IMG/VR virus record: IMGVR_UViG_3300047994_000087
Coordinates: 82,742-146,741 of that record
Source of the DNA: a virus
Strand: one strand, 5' to 3'
Length of the DNA stretch: 64,000 nucleotides
Shown here: one piece after another, positions 27,189-39,100 of the stretch
Layout of the letters: each line of letters starts with the position of its first letter
How positions within the stretch are numbered: the stretch's first letter is position 1
Translations under genes and position numbers: made by a program
Notes under the pieces: model-generated
What the model was told of the DNA's origin: nothing
Seen by the model: only the letters and a program-made list of their open reading frames with translations
Database searches by the model: none

Positions 27189-27857
27189 TTATGTGTTAGA
27201 CCGATTAATGTCAAATACTCGCACTGGATTAGTGGCTTTATAGCCTTCATCGCAAATCGCTGCGTTAATCACTTTGACCACTTTACCGTCTTCACGTTTG
27301 ATCTCATACTCACCATTACTTAAATGGATGTGCCCACAAACAATATACTCAGGAACTTTGGTCCTGTTCTCTAGCATCCAGAGCATGTCCTTACAGCCTG
27401 CACGAAAACCATTAGGGCACAGATCACCATATCCATAGGGCGGTCCATGCGTCAGAAGGATGTCAGTCTGTTCAGGCACGCATTCCCATATAGCACGCAG
27501 CTCTGCACCCCTCATCCTGTTCCATGCCCAATTACAGAAAGCGGGCTGTTCCGGCACTCCCCAAATATTCACCCCATCAATAGTGAACATCTGATTATGT
27601 AGATACACGGTTCCTGTTCTTTCTGCAATGTCATAAGCAAGCTGCTCATTGCCGCCAAAGGCAGGGTCCAATCCCTTTTCATGATTTCCACTGATCCAAA
27701 CCTTCCAGGGTTGAGGCTGAGCGGTTAACCACTCCTCGTACCACTCAAGCTCTCGCCTTGATCCACTGAAAGAAAAATCACCAGCGACAAGTAGCAGGTC
27801 TCCTGGAGGCGTGTCAATCCATTTCATATGGATATCGGAAACGCAAAGTACCTTCAT
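27189..27857 (-). CDS. Calcineurin-like metallophosphoesterase
   Basis: SDIH, AGDF, GNHE, LTHGPP, CGHIH. Confidence 0.9.
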   Translation of the reverse strand: MKVLCVSDIHMKWIDTPPGDLLLVAGDFSFSGSRRELEWYEEWLTAQPQPWKVWISGNHEKGLDPAFGGNEQLAYDIAERTGTVYLHNQMFTIDGVNIWGVPEQPAFCNWAWNRMRGAELRAIWECVPEQTDILLTHGPPYGYGDLCPNGFRAGCKDMLWMLENRTKVPEYIVCGHIHLSNGEYEIKREDGKVVKVINAAICDEGYKATNPVRVFDINRSNT

Positions 27858-30800
27858 TGAAAATCTATCCTCAAAACTAACTCATCGGTATCAGCGATCA
27901 CTATGTCAATTCCATAATCGTAGTAGGCTCTCTTAGCCATCAGTTGGAGGTGGAATGTTCCACAGTACCAAAGGTGACTGAAATAACTGTTCAACTGGTT
28001 GATTCCTCTGAACAGGTTCCTCTCGTCTCCCACATTGCCGACCATCCAACCTACTTGCTCAAGGAGCGCAGGCTTAACCCTGTACAAGAACTTCAACGCC
28101 ATCTCCTTATTCAATGACATTGGTGGCGGAGGGTTGATGTCTAGCACAAGATCGTCACTCCACATCAAGTGCATCTAGTCGACGTTCGTACTCGTCACAG
28201 AACATCTTTAACTTCAACAAGGAATCGCGCATCTTGTGTGCGTTCTCTTCAGTGAACTCATCCCCACCATAACCCTTAAAATGACGTGGGAACCAACCAA
28301 AGGGGCTACAACAGGACATATCTCCCCTTCTTAGCATGTCTAGCTGACTTTCAAATTTACTGTCGTCCAAGGCCCTTCTCTCCTATTAGCAAGAAGCTGC
28401 CAAAAAATGTGCCGAACACTAGCCCCACCGTCACAGAGGCAAGGGCGATAACTCCACCTACAAACATTTCAATCATTTGTGCTTCTCCTTGATGTCTCTC
28501 ATCCAGCGGGGATAGGTCTTAACCGTACTGGCCGCTATCTTCAGTTCTCTAAGATATGATTCCGGCATGGGGTCTTTCCTCTTGTCTCTCTTCTCAAAGG
28601 CAACCATGTCCCTACGGTAAATTTCATCTGCGCAAGCGTCCATCAAGTCCAACACCTGCCTCTCAGACATCTTCGACAGATCAATCTTTGCCATCAGTAG
28701 GTCCCGTAGTTAACATTATGGCCACAATGAAAGCAACAAACACTAGAGCACCTACAGCCGCGCCCATCGTGGCGGCAAGTGTAACAATTTCTGGTGTAGT
28801 CATCAGGCTTTCTTCCTGCTAACTAGAGCAATGAAATACAAAAACGACATGGCACTATATCCCATCAACACACAATCAATTACGTGATTATTCATTTGAC
28901 TTATGACTCTCCAATATTACTGTTGCGCAGTCCCGTATAAGCTCCAACTCAAGTCCAGAGATGTTGGCCGTTGCAGTCAACCCATCGTGGACTTGGTGGA
29001 CCACTATCAAGAATCTACCAGTACGCACGCCATGATCATCAAAAACAGGGATTACCTCAACGGTGTCTCCACCTTGTTCAGAACTACCGAACATTATCTG
29101 GCCATTGTCCGCAGTGTGACTGATGAAGTCGTCGATTACTCCGAAGTTCTTATCATTCATTCAACGGCTCCTTGTTCGATTCTTTTATCTGTTCGGAATA
29201 TCTAGTCCAGATATCAACCGCCGCCTTTCGCAGCTGTTTCTGGTCAACAGGCGTCTCTGCTTGTTTCTCCAACTGAGCTATCCTATCCTGCAACTGTACA
29301 ACCACTTCCATGAGGTCTGTGATCATTCGCTCAGTTGGCAGTGTACTGACGAACGAACTGGGGGACTTTGAGCAGTTGTAGCTCTCTAACACTTCCCTTG
29401 CGTCTTTCATTTAGCTGATACCTGTTCCTTCAAAGCTTCGATCTCACGAGTATGTTCAGCCAGTAGTTGGCACAGACGCATCACCACTTGAACCATTTGC
29501 CGATCATGGTAATTACCTTGATGGTATGTCATATGAAACAGCAGTTCCTCTGTGCCCATGTTCTCGTATAAGTCATTCATTGGCTTTCTTCTAACCCCAA
29601 GATTGAATTGATTGTTCTAGGCGTCTTATCTACCTGATCAGCAATTAAATTAGCTTTGCAGTACTCTTCCCATGCTTTTCTAAGCACCTCTGTATTACCA
29701 ACATAAGAAGTCTCCTTCCGCCCATAGTCATTCGTACCTGGACCAAACACTCTGTGCTTCGCTTCCAACGCCTCCAGAGTCTTCGACTTTACAGACATCT
29801 GTTCTTTCAAGGCCGCTATCTCTAGTTCCTGAAGTACTAACAATCTGAGTATATGCAGCATCAATCGCTGATCATCGCTGACCCGTTCAGGGTTGTTATT
29901 CCCCGCAATGAAAAACCATAGTTCCTGAGCTGTGATGTTGTCTTTATAACTATCAAACATCTACTTCACTCCTGTATGTGGGAAGGTGGTGTAGATCCTG
30001 TAATTTCAAATACCTCTGTATAATCATCCGGTGGATGTCCCAGTAGATGAGTAAGCATTGTTCTAGTGGCTCTCCGTGCTTCTTCTAACGATCCAAGCTG
30101 CGTTGCCGCCCACGGCATTTGCCTAGATGCGTTCTGAACTTTGGACAGGTTCCCTAGATTCTGGGCTACTGCACGTCCGTTGATCTCTTGCAGCCAAGCT
30201 GTCCAAACATTAGTGAAATCGCGGTGGTATACGACCTTATAGGTTTTCTGATTGTCTGTGATAGACACTGTCTTTCCTCTCAACAAAGATGAAGTGATAT
30301 CCCTTTGCTTTAGAGTAAGACGACCTCAACACTCCGCGCCGTTTTCTAGCTTTACGAATTAGTCTATTTAAGAAGGCCCATTTTGACTTGGTTCGACGAG
30401 TGCTCACTAAAACTTACCGGCCAGTTCCAATATGAATCGCGCCAATGTTATGGCGTCCTTATCGGTAATGAATACATCAAGATTCTCTGTGCCGTTCTCT
30501 ATTGCCAAATAGATCCGTCCCTGTCCACCTTCTGTAATACGTAACATGTTGTCTCCATCATCCATGTATGTGGCACGAGGATATCCATTGCCGTGGTCTA
30601 TGTTGATGTTGTCACTCAGGCGCTCAGGTCTAGCACGCTGCTTAGCATGTGCCCAAAACTCTTCATCAAGAGTGGGAACATCGTCGTCCTCTTCAGGTTC
30701 TAACACTGCCGACATTAGTCTTTATCTCCTGCCCAAGGTCCTAATTCTTCATACAACGCTTGTAGGAAAGCCTTCCCTATTAAATGTTCAGTCAATTCGC

Positions 30801-33685
30801 CACTGAACTGATAATCACTATCAAGCTTCCACACCGCCATTACCTTCTCAACTATCCGGTTGTTACGTGCTTCTCGCTCTGTCATTAGTCGACTGCTCCA
30901 GTAGCTATGGCACTAACGTCAGGACTGATACGAGCAAATTGATCAAGAACTTCCTGTCGACCAGCGTCATAATTATTACGCGCCCCTTCTTCATACCAAT
31001 GAGAAAGCTGCCTATAGAAATTAGCAATGGATTGATCACGTTTGGCCTGTATATACCCACACGCCTCTTTGTCATTCTCTAGTGCCAGTTGCTTCTCGTA
31101 CTCTAGAATCCTACTCATGTGTAGTTGAAAATCATTGTTCATGGACATGCCTTTACGGTTGCATCAACTTGGTTGCGCTCTTCTAACAATAGAAACGCCC
31201 GTAACCCTTCTCTCATAAGACTTAACTGGTTAACAGCTCTATCTACCTCCGTGTCCAGCTGGTCTATCTCGCGTTGTTTAGATGTGATCTTCTCTTCCAG
31301 TTCAACGATAGCCTCTTCTAAATCGACCTTGCCAAACTTATCCATGGATATATTGAACCTCTCCTTAGTAACGCGCCCAGCATGGGCATTAAACACATCT
31401 ACCATGTGGCTCAAGACTTCCAACTCATCATCGTTGACTAGGGTCTCTTCCAGAACGTCCTGGTTCTTACAATCTTTGATTGCAGAGTATGTTTCCCTTA
31501 TATTCTCTCCATTCAAAGACTCATGCCAGCGCTCACGCTCATCACAGAACCAGGGAAGTGGGTGTTTGGCTAATAGCTGATCGACGTGATGTTGTTTCAT
31601 TTACTTATTCTCCACGTACTCCAAGTATTCATAGAAGCGGTCTAGCTGCTTACCAAGCATCCCGTAGTCCTCGTCAGTTATTGGTCTGTTTCTGTCCATG
31701 GGACCAGGCTTTAATTCGGCCATTATTGGATATTTCTTCTTGTACATGTCGGCAAGTTCTTTGTCACTCATTATCGACCACCTTCCAGCTTCTTGTCCCA
31801 TTCTTCCGGTGGCCAGGCCTCAGCAAATAGCTCTCGTGTGTCGAACGGCCATTTGTGCTTGCATTCGTTGCACTGCCACCAATACTGTAATGGCTTGTAT
31901 TCTTTCAGCCCAATAATCTTGCCGCCGCAGTTGATATGCCTGTAGATCGTCGGTCTACCCAATTCTTGTGAAACCGTTGTTGGCATTGTATCCATCAGCG
32001 GTTGTACGAACACGACTCTGCCTCTGATCCTTATCGTACAAACGCTCGACGCGCTCCAGGCCCTTAACGTATTCTAGAATCTTCCGCTGGACGAACTCAG
32101 GGTCAATAACTGTGCGCTCACCATTGAAGTAAGTAGGTTCATGCTCCGCTGCAAGCAATGAGTTTTTGTATAAGGCCAATAGCTTTTCAAACTTCTCGCT
32201 CATCTCACTACTCCATCAGCTCTCATTCTTTTAAAAGGAGTCCGCCTGCATCCAACGGCTTCAAAGGTGGCTTCAATCCAATCACAGTGCCGTATGTCAT
32301 CGACCGCTTCTTTAGGCGTCAAGTCTTTATGACGGCTCCAGCGTAATCCATTGTCTTCATCCCGACATTCGAACTCAATCCAATAGAAACTATTCCCATC
32401 GAACTGGACACAGTGATTAGGAGCATTGTCGAAGTAATAACGAACGTATTCTAGTTCAGGCACTGACTCCGCGCTCCTGTGAGGTGGCAATAATAGGCAT
32501 CTCAAACTCATGGCTGACTTTCACCCAGTACTCTTCAATGTCCAGTAGGTCGAACTCGTCATTCATAACGCTCGTACTCCACAAGGGTTTGCATCTGACC
32601 CACTACCAAACGAGGGATATACCTAAGAATCTTGGCTAACCCTATGCCTGGAAGGTTTGACACAGGGAGAAAGTCGTCAAGATCTTTATGTAACCTCAAA
32701 TCTTTCTCAAAGGCGATGGCCTCTAAGCCATAAAGCGTCAAAGTCTCACTCACTGAATTTAACCTCTCAGTCCATTGATCTGTGTCGGTACGTCACCACC
32801 CAACTCACGAAGGCGGTTAACCATCTTCTCCAGATATTCCAGTCTGCGAGTCAGTCCAACTTGTTCAGTTTCTAATTGAGTGACTTTATCTCTCAAAGCC
32901 CCCAGATCAGGCTGATCGAAAACATTATCATAATATGGTCCTGGGGAGCCTGAGGCGGGTATTGCCTGAAAGTCCACTTCTGGGCTGCCAGTGTTCTGCT
33001 GTTCTTCTGTCATTTATCCACGTCCTTTGTTGCTTGTTTTCTATCAATGCTCTCAATTGCTGCCACTGCGAGCGCTGCTATCTGAATTAGTTGCTTCCGG
33101 TGCTGCTCTACAGGATCTGCGACAAAGTTCAGGCACCGACTTCTAATATAATTGAAGAAGTCCCATGGTCTGTGTTTGTCATCATGTTCAGGACCGCCTT
33201 CACTTGCACAACCAGTTCAGCTTTTAGTTCCTTGTACACGTCTGGTTCTATGCCAGCCAAAGTGTGTTTAATGCCGCAGCGGTCATTGAGGTCGTATAAC
33301 ACGGCCTTCACTATCTTCTTGGCTAATTTCTTGTTATCACTCATCCCGACACCCATTCCCCATCTTCGTTGATAACTATCGACTCCACGTACTTTGGAGC
33401 GTTAGGGTCTAGCTCTTTTATAAGATCCCACTCTTCTTGGTCATGGCCAAGTCTGGCGTGGTAGTACCACTGGTTTCTTACAGCGTCTTCCCAGGAATAG
33501 CCGCTGTCCCCTTTGTCAGCTTCTTTGATATGCTGTTCAAAGCTTCTTTTCATGTCAGCTAGTTGTTGGCCAAAGATGTACTCCTCGACCTCTTCTTTAC
33601 TGCCATTGAAAAGAGTAAAAGCATCGACTACTGTCGACCACACTGCATATAAGCCATTAGGTTGCTTGATGATTATTTTGGCCAT
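27854..33685 (-). other. Dense array of ~20 small hypothetical CDS, several with transmembrane or coiled-coil character
   Basis: Abutting or overlapping minus-strand ORFs with SD motifs; no family recognised. Confidence 0.65.
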
Positions 33686-33730
33686 ACATAACCTCTTTTA
33701 CCGGAACGTAATCAACCCACTTACCCTGAG

Positions 33731-33780
33731 CCAATAAATCTCTACTAGCGCTACCGCTATTATTCTGTCAAGTTTCAACC
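33731..33780 (-). promoter_or_regulatory. Repeated sigma70-like promoter, copy 2
   Basis: TTGACAGAATAATAGCGGTAGCGCTAGTAG. Confidence 0.75.
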
Positions 33781-33852
33781 TACCATCAAACTTGCCCAAC
33801 ATCTCCAGCTGTTTTCTGTAACTTCGAAAGGTTTCAATGCTGAAATCTTCCA

Positions 33853-35029
33853 TCAGAACCACTTCACCGAATGTGCTATAGCCCCCAGTGCTATAGTCAT
33901 CACGACACCAACAACGAAACTCCTCAGCAATACTTGGTCAATGAATCGTTGATTCTTTTCGTCTATAGCCCTCATTGCACTCCATACTCCAGGCGCGTCC
34001 CCAGTGTATTCATGATTGTCTACATATTTGTCGTCGCTCATTCTTCCATCGTCAAAGGCTGCCGCCTGATATGCGTTGTAATTGCCGAAATACCAAAGGG
34101 CTAATTCAGGCTGACCGTCATCTAAAGCCTTATGAGCACGATCATACACGTCTGATCGGAACTCCATCAGCTCAGACTTGGTATACGCAATATCAAATTC
34201 CTTGAGGCTTCTGATCTCGTCTTTCAGTTCCTTTTCCCTATCCTTGTGCCATTCAAGTGTCCGCACAGCATTGTCAGCCATTTCCTTAAGCTCGACGTTA
34301 CGAGCTGCTGTGACATCTAATGCCCTCTTCAAGTCAATCACTTCATCAAGCAGCTCATGTATACGCGTGACCGCTCGTTCATATCCCATCTAATCAACCC
34401 ACCCTGGTGGAAACGTAGTCAGCCTGAACTTCTCGTCCCCTAACGTGCCGCCGCACACATGCTCAGGAACCAACTTGAAGAGTTCATTCTTAACCTCTCG
34501 TGCCGACACTGGATCAAACCAACCGATCACATACATAACCAACTCTTTGAACGTCATTGGACGTGCATGTAACGCACGCATGATCAACACGTACAGGCCA
34601 GGAAAAGGTTCAACCACCTAAATACTCCTTCCCTTGTAAGTAATCAACCACGTCATCATCTGGATGTCCGTGAACGTCATCACCCATCTTGTACAGCCGC
34701 TCCAGCGTATTCACGTCTACCAGTGGTACGCTCTCGATCTCTGCCTCATGCTCGTGGTCCACAGGGTCATACGGCCCTACAAGTTCTTCGAACTCACTTG
34801 GGTATAGTGACACCCTATACACCGGCTCCTGGGGGTCTGCATTCAGCTCACAGGACAGTATGGTGAACTCCTCCATAGCCTCATCAAACAGTTCGTCTAC
34901 GGTCAGGTGAGTGCACGGTACGTTAGGGTACTTGATGCTTACCACGTCCCCATTATTCAAGAAGAACTCAAACAGTATGGTGAACAGGACTTCTGGTGTT
35001 GGGCATTCGTCTCGATCTAAAGTTGCCAT
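33853..35029 (-). other. Three hypothetical CDS (33853-34389 coiled-coil with C-terminal TM, 34390-34617, 34610-35029)
   Basis: Packed ORFs. Confidence 0.65.
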
Positions 35030-35038
35030 GTCAATCCC

Positions 35039-36190
35039 CTAATGCCAGTCTGTGAGTTCGTCCGCACCCTTTTGGGTCAAGTAACTGTCTGAAATCGCTT
35101 TCAATACTTTACGACCATTCCAAGACTGCTTCTCATAAACATCCTTCAGAACTACCCCTTCCCGTATTTTCTGGCCGCCCACAGTAGAATCTCCTTCCCT
35201 CATTGCACTAATCAACGCAGGTGAATAAGTTCCTAGATACAAGAAAGGCACCATAGGCAACTCTCTCTCCTCACAGAAGGCCTTGAACTGCTCATAAGGT
35301 AAATACTTGTAGTCCACCTTCACGTCATAGACAAACAAGCTGTGCTCTCCAGGTCCATGCCCGTAGTTGTACTTCGCCTGAACTCCATCACCTACAATCT
35401 CCCCATATATTGCTTCATTGGGCTTGAGTTTGCTAGGGATATCGTACTGCTTGGATATTTTTCCATATATGTCAAAGCCGTAGTACAGCTCACCTCTCTT
35501 AGGCTTACGTTGCAGCTGCACATTACGTGACCCATAGCAGAACTGATAGGCGGGCAGTAGTCCAAAGAACTTTCTGATCTTGTCCCATAACGTCGACGCA
35601 ACTGAGGGGAACAAACCAGCCCTATATGAGGTTCCATGCAACTTTTCGGAAATATAGACTGTGTCTTCATCCGTAAAGATCTGTGGGTAGTTTTTCCAGT
35701 TGCTAATGTCGTTATACTTCTGGAAGGCCGGATTGTTTCCAGGCTTCCGTTGTCCGCTTCCGCCGACCTGCATATGCTGAGGCAGCGAACTAACGGGCGG
35801 CTCGTACTTGGTGATCTGAAGAAGCTCAGTAACATCATCCCCCAACTTAGCCTTACTCAGCGCTGGGTACATCTCAAGCAACTCAGGACTGAAATCGACA
35901 ATCATGCCTTGGCTGATGGCACCACGAAGTTTGATTGACTTCACACGGCTCTTAGAGAGAGTGACCTTACTTCCTATTGGGAAGAGAAAGTCCTCCAGTT
36001 GCTTAGGGAGCACTGCATCGATGGGAATGTAGATAGTCTTATCGCCCACCTTGTAACGGGGCTGCCCATCCTCTGTCCTTGAGGTAACCACCCGCCAACC
36101 TCTCACTGCAACGCAGTCAAGTCTGTCCGCATTGGGATGTCTCTCAATACTTTCTATTGCTACCACTTCAACTCTGAAATCGCTTCCCAT
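35039..36190 (-). CDS. RNA ligase, DRB0094/Rnl5-like (N-terminal OB fold plus nucleotidyltransferase)
   Basis: HPNADRLD, LRGAISQG, EKLHGTS, YGEIVG, FVYDV, REGVV, LKAIS..YL. Confidence 0.9.
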   Translation of the reverse strand: MGSDFRVEVVAIESIERHPNADRLDCVAVRGWRVVTSRTEDGQPRYKVGDKTIYIPIDAVLPKQLEDFLFPIGSKVTLSKSRVKSIKLRGAISQGMIVDFSPELLEMYPALSKAKLGDDVTELLQITKYEPPVSSLPQHMQVGGSGQRKPGNNPAFQKYNDISNWKNYPQIFTDEDTVYISEKLHGTSYRAGLFPSVASTLWDKIRKFFGLLPAYQFCYGSRNVQLQRKPKRGELYYGFDIYGKISKQYDIPSKLKPNEAIYGEIVGDGVQAKYNYGHGPGEHSLFVYDVKVDYKYLPYEQFKAFCEERELPMVPFLYLGTYSPALISAMREGDSTVGGQKIREGVVLKDVYEKQSWNGRKVLKAISDSYLTQKGADELTDWH

Positions 36191-36192
36191 TT

Positions 36193-39100
36193 TTATTCCT
36201 CTGCGAGTGTTCCCGTTGCTTCATATGTAAGCTCCGCAAAAGGCGCAGGCATAAGAATGCTGTCTTCGCCACCTCCTTGATTTGCCGGATCTTCATAAAC
36301 TGCATTCAATGCTTTGGAACCGGTGCCGTAGTTGACTTTATCGTCATCAACCACCACAACATCTTTGGTCAGTTCCTTCGCTCTATTGATCAGATCCTCG
36401 TCTACTAGAACCGCCTCTTCCTCTGCCGCCTTCTGCGCAGCTTCAAAGGCTTCCAGCTCTTCCCGCACATCCTTGAGCGACTGCGTGCCTTCGGCTCTAG
36501 CTACGAACTCATGCCAATCACTTCCATCACGGCGCCGCAAGAAACGCTCAATACGCTCCTCAGGAAGTCCTGACAGGAAGGCAATCTCTTTCGCGCTGTA
36601 CTTGTCGAACACGTGCAAATAAAGTGCCATGCTGGCTGTTCCAAATTCTGAACGTGTCATCGTCATCTGTGCTTGTGTACTCATTCGTTTATTTCCTCAG
36701 TTGTTTGTTTGTCTTGTCCGTAAAACTCTTCAATAATCCGACCGTTACTGGCTATAATTTCTTCGTTTGACATACAGCAATTACAAAAGTCAAACGAAAG
36801 CACTCCGCCCTGTATGTTTGCGTGCAGCGGCCTTGATAGCGTGATCACGTCTTCCGTATCTTCTTCCGTCACGCTAAGTCCTCCCACTTCTCCAGTAGCT
36901 GTTCCTGGACCATCTGCACAAAGTCTTCAAGCTCCTTCTTGGAGCAGTCGAAGTACGTCACTATCTTCCGGCCTTCAAACACCACAAAGCATGCATCACC
37001 GTCACTGTTCTTTCCAACGATCATCAGAGGGCTAAACTTCTTACCGTCCTCTTCAATCTCCTGACCACGTAGATGGATGCTTGTGTCACAGTCATATTTG
37101 ACCAAAATCGGATTTGACTTCATTTACTGAACCACATACCTACAATGCCGACCACAAAAATGCCCACCAGCACTGTCAGCTGTAGAACCACCTGTGCAAG
37201 AAAGGGGACAATGCACCACATGTATCCAATGTGGATAATCTTTAGTGCTTCCAAAATAACCAGCACGAATGAAAGCCAAGCTAACATGGCGTCTACCTCC
37301 CAATTAACTGTCCTTAGATCCTAATAGCCCTGATGTGCGTCGAACTGCATAGCCGTCATATCATCTGAGTCTTTCTCTTCGACCTCTATGGGTCCTGCAT
37401 AAAAGCCACTGTAGTTCTGCATGGCACCGGAACGCCATTGGTTTAACTCATTACGTGCCGCTTGCAACTCACCCCTCAACTGTAACAGAGCCTCTGTAGG
37501 GGTTGGTGCTTTTCGCCGTCTTTCGTCCATAACTTCTGCGTCCATCTTTTCGACCTCTATCCAGGCCATGCGGAGTTTCTCTTTGAGAGATTCATTCTCT
37601 GTTCGCAACTTAGAAACTGTCTGCTCCAATATGACTTCTCTCGGTTCCTTCATCTCAATCCACTACAAAACTTACATACAAACAGTACTACTGCACACAT
37701 ACACACAAATACTCGCAGCATGACGAAGGCGACTGCCTTCAGGGTCTTCCTTGCAAATTCCTCAAACACTTTTCTTGACTCTCTCATTGTTTAGGTCCAC
37801 ACGCTTCCGACACCGCGAGAGGGAACAACTCCTTGACACACAACAAGAATTCAACAATCTCTGTCTTTGATAAGTAGAACACCACTCCCGGATTGGGGTC
37901 TAAATTCACTTCGACGCGCAGCACATCAGTCTTGTTTAGAAGCCTATCCCCTTTGGATATGTGCATCTCTACTTGGGAGCACTTTAGGTTGAATTCTTTG
38001 TTGATCATCTCAACATATCCCACAGCTTGGTCTTGAGTTCCCGCTTAGCATCTTCTTTCGCCTGCCATGCCCTGTAGTCGTCTAAGCAACGCTCATCTAG
38101 TGTCACGTCAGCAACTCTCTTGATCATTCTGATTGCGTCCAACACAACCTGGACATCGTCATCTCTCATGGGCTTGTCGAACGTCACTACGCAGCCGTTA
38201 TATCTATCTGTCATTCATCCACCCATTTAACTAGTTCTTTACTCCAAACCTTTCCAGGAGGGCCGTATGCTATCGCTATTAATTTGGCCCCTTCAAAGCT
38301 GCCCTCTTTGTTGCCCCAACTCTCTTTAGTCCCTTCAGGCCATGGCTCTGCCTTAGCTTGTTCATCTATTCCGCTAGCATATGCTATGAATGATTCTTTC
38401 GGCACCCAAGTACGCAAATGATTGACATGCACTTCTCCAACAAAATCCTCCCACTCAGGCGTCAAATTCCAGCCCCAATCAATGTCATTCATTCTTCCAC
38501 CGCACCCGTAATGAATTTGAGTGACCTCACTCATCAGCAATAAACGAGCCTCCCCAGGTCATACTGGCCCGTCCTTCATTGCGTCCTCTAGTGTGTCTAA
38601 CATAATCTGAGGCATGGGTCCGAGATCTTCAACAGAGCATTCCTCATTAGTCATTATGTTGAGCGCTTCCGTCAGGCCCAACACTTCCTCATACCTTTTG
38701 ATGGCAGCGAGCACTTCTTCAGGAGTCATCTCTACTTAAACCCCATTACGAAACAATTTAGCCTTGTCCCTATCGACCATCAATACACCAGTCCTAGTGC
38801 CATAAGTAATCCCCATCTCACGCAGACCAAGATCACCAGGATACTTAGTTTGTCCTTGACCAGGAACAAGCTCACCTGTGTTAGCTTCGCGCCACACGTA
38901 CACACCATTCTCCTGAAGGTGCATAGTGGCAAGGAAGGTGCCCTGATCGTTGATCACCAACTGAATCTTAGGGTCAGTTCGCCTTTTGTTCTTATGGCTT
39001 GGCATGATGAACAATCCCCTCGAAATAAAGACTCTGTTCTCTAACCAGGCACGACACAAGCGGCTGAATATCGCGCTTTGTCCGCTCCAATGAAGCATAA

